A stretch of DNA of 54,394 nt from Chitinivibrionales bacterium (GCA_014728215.1 WJLZ01000143.1:1-54394); one strand, 5' to 3'; counted from the stretch's first letter, positions 9,542-19,403 are shown. Notes: a model not told the origin generated them from the sequence alone. Program-made: numbers and translations.

Positions 9542-9744
9542 ACTTGTGCTGATTACTGGATGATGGATACAATAACTGTTTTGTCGATCTTATATTAATT
9601 ATCCGGTTTCATCATATATATCCGAAATAATAGCTGCAATAATGATGCCATAAATGGTTCTGATTGGCGCAATCTTTGCGCTCTGAATAATTCTTTATTG
9701 AATAAAACGTTTTTCATTTCTAGCACATAGGAAGGTAGGATCTG

Positions 9745-10425
9745 ATGTTTCCCTTTGGTTTGATTCCACTTTTACTGTTTCTTTTTTTGCTTATTTTATT
9801 TCCCCTTATTCTTGCTGATGTAATGTTGAGTGCCCTGGCTCGCCTGGGCCTCGACCCGGGAACGTCACTGCTCGCCGCCCTTGGCATCCTGCTTGGCGGC
9901 ATGATCAATATTCCGGTGAAACGGATTCGACGGGAAAATCCGGTAAAACACACACCCTCCGGTTTGTATGGAATTGAACGAATGATGCCGGGGTTAGTCA
10001 AACAGAGCAACTATACCACCATTGCGGTCAATATCGGAGGATGCGTTGTTCCATCGATAATTGTTATCTACCAGATAATTCGACTTGCCGGCGAAGGAAG
10101 CATGGCGCTTATTACCGTTTCGGGTGCTGCGCTCATAAACATTGTATTCTGCTATTTCTTTGCGCGCCCGGTACGAGGGGTAGGTATTGCCCTTTCTCCA
10201 ATCATTCCGGCGGTTGTCGCCGCCCTTTGCGGAGTACTGTTTATCCCCGATCTTGCGCCGGTCATTGCCTTTGTTTCAGGGGTTACCGGTCCACTGGTAG
10301 GAGCGGACCTTCTGAATCTGAATAAAATTTCAAAAATCAGTACCGGAGTCGCCAGTATCGGCGGTGCAGGGACTTTCGATGGGATCGTTATTTCGGGTTT
10401 TCTGGCAACACTCCTTACCTGGTAG
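9745..10425 (+). CDS. Polytopic integral membrane protein (DUF1614-like)
   Basis: 226 aa, strongly hydrophobic with several predicted TM helices. The N-terminus LIPLLLFLFLLILFPLILADV and the glycine-rich C-terminal helices resemble the DUF1614 family. This is assigned from memory of the family pattern, not from a search. Confidence 0.45.
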   Translation: MFPFGLIPLLLFLFLLILFPLILADVMLSALARLGLDPGTSLLAALGILLGGMINIPVKRIRRENPVKHTPSGLYGIERMMPGLVKQSNYTTIAVNIGGCVVPSIIVIYQIIRLAGEGSMALITVSGAALINIVFCYFFARPVRGVGIALSPIIPAVVAALCGVLFIPDLAPVIAFVSGVTGPLVGADLLNLNKISKISTGVASIGGAGTFDGIVISGFLATLLTW

Positions 10426-10537
10426 TCGAGGCTGCCCTAATCCTGATCAATAGGCATTTTGGGTGCTTAACGGCATGATTATTGCTCACATCTAACCAAC
10501 GTAAGTAATATCCACAATTACCCAAAGGAGGTTTTCT

Positions 10538-10981
10538 ATGAAACGACTTGGAGCTATGACGGTTTTGGCGGTTCTTTTTGGCATGACGTTTTTTTCGGAT
10601 GGTTATGCGCAGGGGCAAATGATGCGAGGCGGTCGAAGCATGCATAAGGGCATGATGATGGGTACCGACTCGGCCATGTGCCCTATGGGCCCCGGCATGG
10701 GAATGGGGATGATGATGCCCCGTGTCGTCGCAACCATGGATAATGCAATCTTTATATTGATGGGGAACAAGCTGATTAAATACGACAGCAATTTGAACAA
10801 GAAAAAAGAAGTCATTCTTGAGGTTGACGAAAAGGACATGCAAGCCATGTTCGAAAATATGCAGAAGATGCGTTCGATGTGCATGGAAATGATGGCGCCC
10901 CAATCCAAAGAGCAGGAAAACGGGGAAGAAGAGATGATGCAGGAACAGGAACAGGAAACAGAAGACGAGAAACAGAAGTAA
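10538..10981 (+). CDS. Secreted methionine-rich protein with an acidic C-terminal tail. Putative soft-metal (Cu/Ag/Hg)-binding periplasmic protein.
   Basis: Strong RBS AAAGGAGG 6 nt upstream. Classical signal peptide MKRLGAMTVLAVLFGMTFFSDGYAQ. Met-rich motifs HKGMMMGTDSAMCPMGPGMGMGMMMP and MRSMCMEMM. The tail EQENGEEEMMQEQEQETEDEKQK is acidic. The antisense His-rich ORF (10415..11008) is the codon mirror (ATG vs CAT) and is rejected. Confidence 0.6.
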   Translation: MKRLGAMTVLAVLFGMTFFSDGYAQGQMMRGGRSMHKGMMMGTDSAMCPMGPGMGMGMMMPRVVATMDNAIFILMGNKLIKYDSNLNKKKEVILEVDEKDMQAMFENMQKMRSMCMEMMAPQSKEQENGEEEMMQEQEQETEDEKQK

Positions 10982-11066
10982 GAAATTATTGAAGGTCGAA
11001 TATCCCATCCCGGGAAGGTTTTTCCCGGGATGGATAAACCTGATTTTGCATTGAAAGTATGAAAAT

Positions 11067-12587
11067 ATGAATGAAACACTTCCACTACAACCTCATGATC
11101 GATTTAATCAGGAGCTTGAAGCCAATACTCATCCTCCCGAATGGAAAAACCCCTCACCTGCGCCCACGTACAATCTGGTTGTGATTGGCGGTGGAACTGC
11201 GGGCCTTGTCTGCGCAGCCGGTGCTGCCGGACTGGGCGGCAAGGTTGCGCTTATCGAAGAACGTCTTATGGGCGGTGATTGTCTGAATTTCGGCTGTGTC
11301 CCCTCAAAGGCGCTCATTCGGTCTTCCCGGGAAAATGCCGATATACGTTCTGCAAAAGAGTTTGGTATTGATCTGTCTCAGGCGCCCAGTCAGAATTTTA
11401 CCGCAGTTATGGACCGTATGCGGCGTTTACGGGCGCGGATCAGCCCCCATGATTCGGCAGAACGGTTCAAACAGCTGGGTGTGGATGTCTTCTTAGGTAG
11501 TGGACGCTTTACGAGCCCGGACACCGTCCAGGTTGAATCATCGACACTTACATTCAGGAAAGCCGTGATCGCCACCGGCGCCCGTCCGGCGGCCCTTCCC
11601 ATAGAAGGCCTTGCCGAAACCGGGTATCAGACCAATGAAACCATCTTTTCACTCACCGAATTCCCCCGGCGTTTTGCCGTTATCGGAGGCGGTCCTCTGG
11701 GATGCGAACTGGCTCAGGCATTTTCCCGCCTCGGATCCTCGGTCACAATTCTCGACAAGGCGCCGCACCTGCTGCCACGTGAAGACCAGGAAGCCGCCGA
11801 ATTACTCCAGAAAATATTTGCCGGAGAAAATATCGACCTGAAACAGACAGTACGAGTATCCCGGATCGAAAAACATAATGGCGACAAGGTTATCCGCTAC
11901 CGGAAAAACGATACGGACGCCGAAGTGATCGTCGATGAAATTCTCCTTGCCGCAGGCCGTGCGCCCAATATCGATGGTCTGGATCTGGAAAAAGCCGAGG
12001 TCGAATATGATCCTCGGCGAGGCGTTATTGTCGACGACCATCTCCAAACAACCAACTCCAGTATCTATGCCGCCGGTGACTGTTGTTCCAGATACAAATT
12101 CACTCATATTGCCGAAGCCCAAGCGCGGATTGCCCTGCAAAATGCGCTCTTTCTGGGCCGGAAAAAGATGAGTTCCCTGACTATACCCTGGTGCACCTAT
12201 ACCGATCCCGAAATCGCCCATACAGGAATGTATGAAAAGGATTCGCAGGGACGCGATATTGAGATGGACACCTTTAAAATCGATCTCTCTGAAATCGACC
12301 GGGCGGTTGTCGACGGCGAAGAAGATGGTTTTGTAAAGATCCATACGGTACGGAATTCGGACAAAATACTCGGGGCTACTATCGTGGCTCGTCATGCAGG
12401 TGAAATGATCAGCGAACTCACCCTGGCAATCACGGGAAATATCGGCCTCAAAACAATCGCTGCAACAATTCACCCCTACCCTACCCAGTCGGAAATTATC
12501 AAGCATGCCGCGGACGCCTACAACCGTTCCCGGTTAACTCCCGGCATAAAGAAACTGTTTTCCCTGTGGCTTCAATGGCGCCGGTAG
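11067..12587 (+). CDS. Class I pyridine nucleotide-disulfide oxidoreductase (MerA/dihydrolipoamide dehydrogenase-like flavoprotein disulfide reductase). It has no NmerA domain and no C-terminal Cys pair.
   Basis: FAD-binding motif GGGTAGLVCA. Redox-active disulfide GGDCLNFGCVPSK. NAD-binding motif GGGPLGCELA. C-terminal dimerisation-domain motif HPYPTQSE. A Cys-Cys pair sits in the second FAD motif AAGDCC, not at the C-terminus. Confidence 0.75.
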   Translation: MNETLPLQPHDRFNQELEANTHPPEWKNPSPAPTYNLVVIGGGTAGLVCAAGAAGLGGKVALIEERLMGGDCLNFGCVPSKALIRSSRENADIRSAKEFGIDLSQAPSQNFTAVMDRMRRLRARISPHDSAERFKQLGVDVFLGSGRFTSPDTVQVESSTLTFRKAVIATGARPAALPIEGLAETGYQTNETIFSLTEFPRRFAVIGGGPLGCELAQAFSRLGSSVTILDKAPHLLPREDQEAAELLQKIFAGENIDLKQTVRVSRIEKHNGDKVIRYRKNDTDAEVIVDEILLAAGRAPNIDGLDLEKAEVEYDPRRGVIVDDHLQTTNSSIYAAGDCCSRYKFTHIAEAQARIALQNALFLGRKKMSSLTIPWCTYTDPEIAHTGMYEKDSQGRDIEMDTFKIDLSEIDRAVVDGEEDGFVKIHTVRNSDKILGATIVARHAGEMISELTLAITGNIGLKTIAATIHPYPTQSEIIKHAADAYNRSRLTPGIKKLFSLWLQWRR

Positions 12588-12934
12588 TAATACGCTTGGC
12601 AATTCCGCAATTGACTTGCCGCAACCGGGAACAACATTCAAAATAACTTTTCATACGAGAACCACCACCTTGCCAACCAGCAATAGCAGATATATTTATC
12701 CGTTTTAATACCACCCGATTCCGCCGCTGGCATACCAATTGCTCGATGTAAAGTAGGTCCGATAGGGATCGGCGAAGCACACACATCCATGAAAAGCCGT
12801 CCGACAGTGCAGTACCGGAAGCACATCTCGGGTTTTCCTGGTTGTGAAGCCTGAAGAATTTATACAGAACCAGAATATTCATACCTGCCGGATAACAATG
12901 GCAGCGTATGATTATGTAACAAAGGAGGCTAATC

Positions 12935-13687
12935 ATGAAACGAATAGCATATTCATTATTTATTGCCGTCGCACTGCTCATTACTCAAGCGGCGGCGTAT
13001 CAGACTGAAGAATACGATCCGGTAGAACGATTCCGTTATGGAGAAAGTTTTTCCATAGGAATCAAGGGTGGTCTCAGTGTTTCCTATTTCAGAGGGATGG
13101 CCGCCGATGCTCTTGACGAAAGGCTGGAGCATGAATTTTCGGAATTTGTCAATGACCCGCTGCCATATGTTACCGGTGGTGTCTTTGCAACGTTGGCGCT
13201 CTCCGAAAACTTTGCTTTTCAGCCCGAGGTAATCTATCTGCGCAATGGCGAGCATTATGAAGGTGTCTACGGTGGGGAAACCTATGAATTCGATCTGACG
13301 GCAGAATACGTAACCTTTCCCTTTCTTATCAAAATCATGGCACCATCTCCCGACATGCTTTTCAGACCGAACTTTTTTATAGGTCCTGTTCTGAGTATTT
13401 TGCTCGACGCAAAAGCTACCGGGGTGCCGCAATTGCCCTCGGGTGCAGAGAAAATTGGTATTTTGGATAACTTCCGGAAAGATGAAGATATCAATGACCA
13501 GGTCCGGTCTACGGATTTTGGCATAGTTATGGGTGCGGGAATTGATGCAAAAGCCGGTCACGGGCATTTCTCATTCGAAATCCGCTATACAACCGGATTT
13601 TCAAATGCCTTTGATAAAAACCCGAATGCCGAAGACTTTAAAAATGCTGCAGTCTCAATCCTTGCCGGTTATGCATATGATTTCTAA
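12935..13687 (+). CDS. Outer-membrane beta-barrel protein (OmpA-like/porin-family barrel)
   Basis: Signal peptide MKRIAYSLFIAVALLITQAAA. Alternating hydrophobic beta-strand pattern and a C-terminal aromatic residue (...AGYAYDF), typical of OMP barrels. AAAGGAGG RBS. Confidence 0.7.
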   Translation: MKRIAYSLFIAVALLITQAAAYQTEEYDPVERFRYGESFSIGIKGGLSVSYFRGMAADALDERLEHEFSEFVNDPLPYVTGGVFATLALSENFAFQPEVIYLRNGEHYEGVYGGETYEFDLTAEYVTFPFLIKIMAPSPDMLFRPNFFIGPVLSILLDAKATGVPQLPSGAEKIGILDNFRKDEDINDQVRSTDFGIVMGAGIDAKAGHGHFSFEIRYTTGFSNAFDKNPNAEDFKNAAVSILAGYAYDF

Positions 13688-14045
13688 ACAAAAACAAGGG
13701 CTTGTGCTTCGTTTTTGTAAAATAAAATGATCCGGATTAAAGCGGTGCGACAACGGGATAATACTTCCCTGGAGTCGGACCGCTTATTTTATTCTGCTTT
13801 ATTTTTCGTCCCGCCACCTACGTGCCGGTCACATGAGGGTTTTTAGGTAATGGCTCCACGGGATTTTAATTTCACTAAGGAAATGGGCTCCGGGAAATTC
13901 ATTCTTTCCTTTAGGGAGTGGCATGGATTTTGCAAATTTTAAGTCTTTTCAGCTTTACCTGTTTCCGACCTTAATACCGGCTGAGTCGGGAAATCTGTCC
14001 CCGACCGGATACCGGTGGATTTGTTTTCCTGAAGGGCGTCTTGTT

Positions 14046-16481
14046 ATGTCAAAGAAACAGCTCAGGATATTGCTGTTTGTCGCTGTTGCTGTTGTTGGGA
14101 CAGGCGCTGCACTCTGGGTGGCATGGATCCGGATCGTTCCCGGAATTATCGAAAGGCGGATACAGGAAACGCTCGTCCAACAGGGAATTGATCCGAAAGC
14201 AATTGAAATCGCCTCTATCGAATACAATAAAATCGTTTTAAAAAACATCATGATCGGAACACCCGACACTATTGCAGCCGAAAATGTCATTGTTTATTTC
14301 TGTCCCCTGGCACTGCTTTTGGAGCGGGAAGTAACCACGATAGCAATTTATGGTCTTAAAACGACTCTGGCACCTGGAGAAAGGGAAGTGGGGCCATCGC
14401 CTTTTCCGGACTGGCAGGAAAAATTGCGTGAGATCACCTTGCCTTTCGAACTCATAAAACTCTATTCATCAACCATAGAGATACAATTAGAAAACCGGCG
14501 GTATTCGGTTACTATCGAGGGCAGTGTGAAAAAAGCCGGCACCGACAGTCTTGATATTCAAGCCCGGGCAGAAACCAAGGATGCTGCCGCCAATGGAGTG
14601 GCGGTTGTCCGGATTCCCGCACTGACAGGGCACTACGAGGTGGCGATAGACAGCATGAGCTTCGCTCTGTTGAATGAAATCAGAGAAACGTACTTTCCTG
14701 ATACCGATATTGCCATGGCAACCTGGCAGGGTATGCAGGCCCGGGCCGAAATAAGTGTCGACACCGGCAGTTGGCGCGCCGATGCCTTGCTTTACGGCAC
14801 CGATATGGTGGTACAAATCAATTCGGAGAGCTTTACATCAACAATTGGTGTGGATACCATCACCACCTTCCTGACACGTGGTACCGATGATACCAGCACT
14901 GCCCGGTTAACCGGCACCTTTGCCGGAGGAAACTTTTCGGCCCGGGGAGCCTTTGATCTTGCCACATTTCAGGGTGAATATGCCTTTGCCGGCGATGAAC
15001 TTGCTGCAGACAGTATCTTGAAAATAGTGCGGCCCTTTGTTGAGATTCCTCAGATAACCACCGCAGGCATGGTTGCCCTGCAAGCCGACGGCATCTACGA
15101 TTTAAATCGAATCGATGCAAACGTGTCAATCGGGGGACGCAACTTTTACATAGCAACAACCGGTGGTGAATACGATATACAATTCTATCCGGATACGGTC
15201 CAATCCACCCTGCTTCTTGTTTCTCCCGGAAACCGTTGGCGTATGCAGGATCTCCTCATCCGGATACCGGAGGGCCGTCTCACAAGCAGCACTCCTGCTC
15301 TCAAGGCCGACAGTATCTCCATAACCGCCCCCCTGTCCTTTAATGGTTCTCTCATTGAAGAAGGCTCCTTTGCTTTGAGCAAGATCACGTTGAGCAATCA
15401 ACCAATGCCGTCGGTGCAGGGAAACTTTGCTATCCGAAACAACCGCCTGGGATTCACCGGACGCAGCACGCCTCTTCCCGAAGCACCGCTTGGGATTGAA
15501 GGATGGATTGATTGGAGCTCCACTCCAGCAAGCGGTCATATCGAAGGCAGGGTGCCCGAATTCGAACTGGACAATGAAAAGCTGCTGACCCAAAGATGGC
15601 TTCCCGCGCTGCAAGGCGATATCCTGAATGGATTCTATGCCCTGGAGCACGACATCTGGTGGACCGGCAATTCAGTCATTCAGCGCCTGAAAATCGCCAC
15701 CCGCAACGGAAGCTGGAGGCGGCCTTCAGCCACCACGGGAATCCTTGGCGTTGAAGGTGAGCTTGAGCTTGACAATCTTACTCCGCCTCTCACCCCTGAT
15801 GCCTACTGGTTTGCAGTCGATTCGGCATATACCGGTTCTTTTTGTGTTAATGAAGCAGCGGTAAAACTTGCCATAACCGAAACCGCTCCCCTGCTCGTTC
15901 AAACAGTTGCCTTCAAATGGGCCGGAGGGAATTTCCGAAGCCACGACATTGTAATCGATTTTGAAAAAACCCGACTTCAGTTCACCCTTTCTGTCGACCA
16001 GGTCGATTTGCAGGAAATACTTAATTTTTTCAGGTACAAGGGGGCACGCATAACCGGAAAGGCGTCGGGAGAACTGCCCATTACCTTACGGTGGAATGGC
16101 GATATACGAGTGGAAATAGGCGCAGGGACACTGAAAACCGGGCCGGAAACCGGAACCGTCAAATTTACCAAAGAAACCGCCATGACAATACTGGGCATTA
16201 AAGAAGATATCCCTGCGGATACCAGGGATCTCGAAAAAAAAGTACGGAGTATGGCCCTGGGCGCTCTGCAGGACCTGCTCTATACCGATCTTGAGGTGGC
16301 TTTCGAACCCCAGCCCAATGGTCAAACCATGGCCCGGGTTCATTTGGAAGGACAGGGGCCGAGCGGTGCTGTGGAAAATCAGATACCGATCGGCGGGCTC
16401 AATCTCAGGATTCATAATATCGAAGGGATTATTAACCAAATAATCCGGCAAAGCGGCAGAAGAAGAATCCAATTTCGATAA
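14046..16481 (+). CDS. ydbH: AsmA-family / YdbH-like large inner-membrane-anchored periplasmic protein (putative inter-membrane lipid transport)
   Basis: Start chosen at MSKKQLRILLF, immediately before the N-terminal TM anchor (ORF opens at 13923). About 810 aa with a beta-rich repetitive body. It is followed by ynbE-like and ydbL-like genes in the conserved ydbH-ynbE-ydbL order. Confidence 0.65.
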   Translation: MSKKQLRILLFVAVAVVGTGAALWVAWIRIVPGIIERRIQETLVQQGIDPKAIEIASIEYNKIVLKNIMIGTPDTIAAENVIVYFCPLALLLEREVTTIAIYGLKTTLAPGEREVGPSPFPDWQEKLREITLPFELIKLYSSTIEIQLENRRYSVTIEGSVKKAGTDSLDIQARAETKDAAANGVAVVRIPALTGHYEVAIDSMSFALLNEIRETYFPDTDIAMATWQGMQARAEISVDTGSWRADALLYGTDMVVQINSESFTSTIGVDTITTFLTRGTDDTSTARLTGTFAGGNFSARGAFDLATFQGEYAFAGDELAADSILKIVRPFVEIPQITTAGMVALQADGIYDLNRIDANVSIGGRNFYIATTGGEYDIQFYPDTVQSTLLLVSPGNRWRMQDLLIRIPEGRLTSSTPALKADSISITAPLSFNGSLIEEGSFALSKITLSNQPMPSVQGNFAIRNNRLGFTGRSTPLPEAPLGIEGWIDWSSTPASGHIEGRVPEFELDNEKLLTQRWLPALQGDILNGFYALEHDIWWTGNSVIQRLKIATRNGSWRRPSATTGILGVEGELELDNLTPPLTPDAYWFAVDSAYTGSFCVNEAAVKLAITETAPLLVQTVAFKWAGGNFRSHDIVIDFEKTRLQFTLSVDQVDLQEILNFFRYKGARITGKASGELPITLRWNGDIRVEIGAGTLKTGPETGTVKFTKETAMTILGIKEDIPADTRDLEKKVRSMALGALQDLLYTDLEVAFEPQPNGQTMARVHLEGQGPSGAVENQIPIGGLNLRIHNIEGIINQIIRQSGRRRIQFR

Positions 16482-16539
16482 AAAGCATAAATTTAATTGT
16501 GATCGAAAGGAGTTACCCAATGACAAAAAGGAGGATGCA

Positions 16540-16770
16540 ATGTACCATTTTGTTGCAGGTACAGCAGTTACGGTGCTGTTGATGATGGCGTTGTGCTCAC
16601 CAACAGTAACAGTGAAACACCAGGTAGAGCCGATCCATGTTACCGTGGATGTCTACCTTAAAGCAGAACAACAACTGGAAGATTTCTTCCGGTTCGAAGA
16701 GGAATTTGAAGAAAAACCGACCCGGGAGCAGGAGACCCCCGCCGAAGAAGGTGGAGCGTCGCAAAAATAA
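16540..16770 (+). CDS. ynbE: YnbE-like small lipoprotein
   Basis: 76 aa with signal/lipobox LMMALCSP. The core PTVTVKHQVEPIHVTVDVYLKAEQQLEDFF resembles the YnbE family. It sits between ydbH-like and ydbL-like genes. Confidence 0.6.
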   Translation: MYHFVAGTAVTVLLMMALCSPTVTVKHQVEPIHVTVDVYLKAEQQLEDFFRFEEEFEEKPTREQETPAEEGGASQK

Positions 16771-16794
16771 TCTCAACAATAAGGAGTTCTATTT

Positions 16795-17211
16795 ATGAGA
16801 TCATATGCACGTCAAAAAATAATTTTCGGTTTATTGCTCGTTGTATTCATGGCCATGCAATCCTCATCCGAAGCCCAGAGTAAAGCAGAATTGCAGGAAA
16901 GCATGAAACAGCGCTATCCCGAGCTGCAGGAGTTGCGGGACGAAGGCAAAATAGGAGAAACCTATCGTGGTTACGTTGAAGCGGTAACTAAAAAGGCAAA
17001 AAATGATAAAGAAATCCAGCAGCTTATCAAAACCGAAAATGCCGAACGTAAAGCCCTGTACGAGATAATCGCCCAGGATGTGGGGACTAACGCCGAAGCT
17101 GTCGGGAGAATCAATGCCAATCGGATCCTCCAGGAAGCCGATCCCGATATGTATTATAAAACCGATCAGGGAGTGTGGAAACAGAAGAAGGATGTGAAGA
17201 TTGCGGAATGA
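16795..17211 (+). CDS. ydbL: YdbL-like (DUF1318) periplasmic protein
   Basis: 138 aa with a signal peptide. The segment LQELRDEGKIGETYRGYVEA...ERKALYEIIAQ matches the YdbL/DUF1318 pattern. GGAG RBS. It closes the ydbH-ynbE-ydbL operon. Confidence 0.65.
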   Translation: MRSYARQKIIFGLLLVVFMAMQSSSEAQSKAELQESMKQRYPELQELRDEGKIGETYRGYVEAVTKKAKNDKEIQQLIKTENAERKALYEIIAQDVGTNAEAVGRINANRILQEADPDMYYKTDQGVWKQKKDVKIAE

Positions 17212-17304
17212 GGGGAAGGAGTGAAGGGTGAAGGTAAAAGAGGATAATGGATCTGAATCCTATATCCTGAACCCTGAGCCCTTATCCGTCCATTACTCCA
17301 ATCA

Positions 17305-18351
17305 TCAAAACACCAGCTTCCCCGCGACATCGATCAGGCTTGCAGTGTGGTTGTCGGGGAGGCCTTGTTCGTTGGTATAAAAAAACTGGTATTCGGCGGC
17401 GAGTGAGATATGCTCGTTGACCGGTACTCTGGCGGTGAGGTAAAAGGTCGTATTGTCTTCGGGGCTTCCGGGAGCCACACCCGAGTAGACACTTTCACGG
17501 GCAAAACCGGCCACACCATGTAGATATATAAAGGGCTTGGAAATATAATTGATCCAGAAGCCCCAGGTGCGGACATCATTGCCCGGAGTGCCGTCACCCC
17601 CGATAGTAAAGAGGTCGGCGTTGTCCAGATTTGCTCCCAGGGCAAATTCGGCTAAAAAGGAAGGCAGTCGATGGACCGGCAGATTGGCATCCACACTGAT
17701 TCCCCAGATCCAGAATTCCCGGTCTTCATCATAGGCGGCCATTAATGCCGCAACGCCGGTTTCCATGTCTTCATTAAACTCCAGACCGAGACGGGTCTGG
17801 TCTTCTTTCGAAGCCTCCCCTACCGACACCTGAAACACCGGTCGGGTTCGGCCGAGTTCGGTAAGCCAGGTCAGGGCAAACTGCGGACGCCTGAAACCAT
17901 AGTTGCCGTTCATCCAGAGGTTGGCGTTAGTGTTGTTGGTAGTCGGATTGAGGGGAGAGAAAAAATCCCACCGCTGTCCTATGTCAACTTTCAGATTCTG
18001 CAGGGGTTTCATCCATACGTATGCCAGACGCATTCGCGGCACGGCATTGAAATTGGCGGCAATTACCCAGAAATCAATTTCCGCCACTCCGCCAAAAGGG
18101 ACCGTTATCTCTTCTTTTTGTATTTTAAGGCCCAGTCGAGTATGTTGGGCAGTAAAGCTTACCGCTGTTGAGTCTACCCCCGACGCCCTCGACACACTGG
18201 TAAGCGCAGGTGTTCCCCACGACACGACACCGTTTGCAGCAAAATAAAAGTCCCCTTTCAGAAAGCCATAGGGAGTAACCTCCAGCTTCTGCAGATACGC
18301 TAGTGCTGAAAACACACAACCAGCAAGGAATGCGATCTTTCCGAAATTCAT
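17305..18351 (-). CDS. Outer-membrane beta-barrel protein (putative porin)
   Basis: Signal peptide MNFGKIAFLAGCVFSALAYL, amphipathic beta-strand pattern rich in Y/F/W/G, and a C-terminal ...AGKLVF aromatic terminus. Confidence 0.6.
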   Translation of the reverse strand: MNFGKIAFLAGCVFSALAYLQKLEVTPYGFLKGDFYFAANGVVSWGTPALTSVSRASGVDSTAVSFTAQHTRLGLKIQKEEITVPFGGVAEIDFWVIAANFNAVPRMRLAYVWMKPLQNLKVDIGQRWDFFSPLNPTTNNTNANLWMNGNYGFRRPQFALTWLTELGRTRPVFQVSVGEASKEDQTRLGLEFNEDMETGVAALMAAYDEDREFWIWGISVDANLPVHRLPSFLAEFALGANLDNADLFTIGGDGTPGNDVRTWGFWINYISKPFIYLHGVAGFARESVYSGVAPGSPEDNTTFYLTARVPVNEHISLAAEYQFFYTNEQGLPDNHTASLIDVAGKLVF

Positions 18352-18362
18352 TAAAATCCTTT

Positions 18363-19403
18363 TTACCGGTGACTTTTCACTGTGAGTTCATCCTGCTCTT
18401 CGGGGACCCATGAAGCGAGTACGTGCATGTAATTTGCCCGTTCGAATGCTGCAGGCTCGGCTACTTTGTCGTGACTGAGGACCCCCCGTAATGCATCGAC
18501 CGAATCGTAATCCCGGTGCTGCATCCATTCGACCAGCCCCTTAAGCAGGGTACCACAATGAGCGATACCATTTTTCAGAAGGGATGACGTTGTCATGGCG
18601 ACCGTTGCACCCGCTGCAATGCTCTTGACAAGATCATTTGAAGTATGGACCCCTCCGGTCAGTGCCATAGAGAGGGGAATTTTTTTATAGAGCAGGGCAA
18701 TCCACCGGATCCGAAGTCTCATTTCCTGCGATGTGCTCAACTGGAGATTGGATTTTACCGACAGCGATTTCAGGTCGAAATCGAGCTGATAAAAACGGTT
18801 GAACATCACCAGTGCATCAGCTCCGGCATCGGTGAGGCGGGAAACTGTCCAGGGAGTCGATGTCAGGAAGGGACTCAGTTTGACCGCAAGAGGGATTTTG
18901 ATATGTTTCTTTATCTCCCTTACCAGTTCGACATAATTGTTTTCCACCTCTTCACTGCTCATTGACGGATCGGCTGGCAGATAGTAGATATTGAGTTCGA
19001 TACCATCGGCGCCCGCCTGTTCCATTTCGGCGGCATAGGTGAGCCATCCCCCGGGCGAAATTCCGTTGAGACTGGCGATTACCGGAAAATCGGTCGCTCC
19101 CTTGATCCGCTCCAGCCGTTCGAGATACTGATCCGGCGCAAAACGATAGGGCCCTGTATCAGGGAAATAAGTAAGAGCTTCGGAAAAATGCTCTGTTCCC
19201 TGAAGTAAAAACTTATTCAGCGTCCGCTGCTCAAGACTCACCTGCTCTTCAAAAAGCGAATCGAGCACTACCGCTCCTGCACCATTGTCTTCCAGTTCTT
19301 TCACCCTGTCGATATGCCGCCAGAGCGGTGAAGCGGAACCGACAAGGGGGCTGGAAAGGGCAAGTCCCATATATCGGGTATTCAAATCTATCGTGGTTTT
19401 CAT
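18363..19403 (-). CDS. Dihydroorotate dehydrogenase-like FMN TIM-barrel protein (PyrD class-1-like, function uncertain)
   Basis: The N-terminus MKTTIDLNTRYMGLALSSPLVGSASPL...GAGAVVLDS matches the class-1 DHOD / dihydropyrimidine dehydrogenase FMN-barrel pattern. Start taken at the internal MKTT (ORF opens at 19442). It lies 42 nt downstream of the PFOR gene on the same strand. Confidence 0.65.
   Translation of the reverse strand: MKTTIDLNTRYMGLALSSPLVGSASPLWRHIDRVKELEDNGAGAVVLDSLFEEQVSLEQRTLNKFLLQGTEHFSEALTYFPDTGPYRFAPDQYLERLERIKGATDFPVIASLNGISPGGWLTYAAEMEQAGADGIELNIYYLPADPSMSSEEVENNYVELVREIKKHIKIPLAVKLSPFLTSTPWTVSRLTDAGADALVMFNRFYQLDFDLKSLSVKSNLQLSTSQEMRLRIRWIALLYKKIPLSMALTGGVHTSNDLVKSIAAGATVAMTTSSLLKNGIAHCGTLLKGLVEWMQHRDYDSVDALRGVLSHDKVAEPAAFERANYMHVLASWVPEEQDELTVKSHR

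Noticed and set aside
10415-11008. 197-aa histidine-rich minus-strand ORF (HHHPHSHAGAHRAHG...) that looks like a metal-binding protein
   Set aside because: It is the exact antisense of the Met-rich gene: ATG codons read as CAT (His) on the other strand. The plus-strand gene has a strong RBS and a canonical signal peptide, whereas the minus-strand ORF has neither and is low-complexity.
11802-12506. 234-aa minus-strand ORF inside the flavoprotein reductase gene
   Set aside because: It is antisense to a gene with clear FAD/NAD/disulfide motifs. Shadow ORF.
11067-12587. Calling this gene mercuric reductase (merA) proper
   Set aside because: It lacks the N-terminal HMA (NmerA) domain and the C-terminal Cys-Cys pair required for Hg(II) reduction, and no merR/merT/merP is nearby. 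It is kept as a generic class-I flavoprotein disulfide reductase.
12956-13567. 203-aa minus-strand ORF antisense to the OMP barrel gene
   Set aside because: The plus-strand product has a signal peptide, beta-barrel periodicity and a C-terminal Phe. The antisense ORF has no features.
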